This document shows, piece by piece, positions 63,863 to 64,000 of a DNA stretch of 64,000 nucleotides. The stretch is from Rhina ancylostomus (taxonomy: Eukaryota): NCBI GenBank assembly GCA_030265395.1, contig JARFYF010000059.1, forward strand, positions 12,540,563 through 12,604,562, given 5' to 3'. The stretch's first letter is position 1. The number at the start of each line of letters is the position of its first letter. A program made the position numbers and the translations under genes. Under the pieces are notes generated by a model that saw nothing but the letters and a program-made list of their open reading frames with translations, searched no databases and was not told where the DNA came from.

Positions 63863-64000
63863 CTTGGTCTGCACATCTTATAAAAACTAGCCCCCAACTC
63901 GCTGAGTATTTTGCATTTCATTGCTTGTTGAGCTTATCCTAACCCCTTCCGACCTAATGATAACGTGATCACCATCTCCTAATTGTGCCCACTGAGATAT

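Overview
Vertebrate genomic DNA, most likely an elasmobranch (shark/ray), inferred from its HE1/V-SINE-like, CR1, Rex1/Babar and Penelope repeats; short-read-style scaffold with many N gaps. The window is the middle of a + strand kazrin (KAZN) gene. Five coding exons (12584-12720, 14120-14290, 25061-25247, 30388-30518, 34703-34826/34870) have AG/GT boundaries and splice in frame. The last exon either splices onward (long SAM-domain isoform; those exons were not found here) or reads through to the short-isoform end GTSTDYYVEEDADW*. The rest is intron/3' flank full of decayed retroelements, two related Harbinger transposase fossils, Penelope-associated minimal hammerhead-ribozyme motifs, local duplications, microsatellites and at least one probable mis-join. 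Most listed six-frame ORFs are spurious. I see no convincing wholly new biological system. Best leads: the hammerhead-bearing mini-elements, a candidate 57-nt KAZN cassette exon, the short-isoform 3' end and a candidate intronic enhancer. Family names come from recalled consensus motifs, not database searches; repeat boundaries are approximate.
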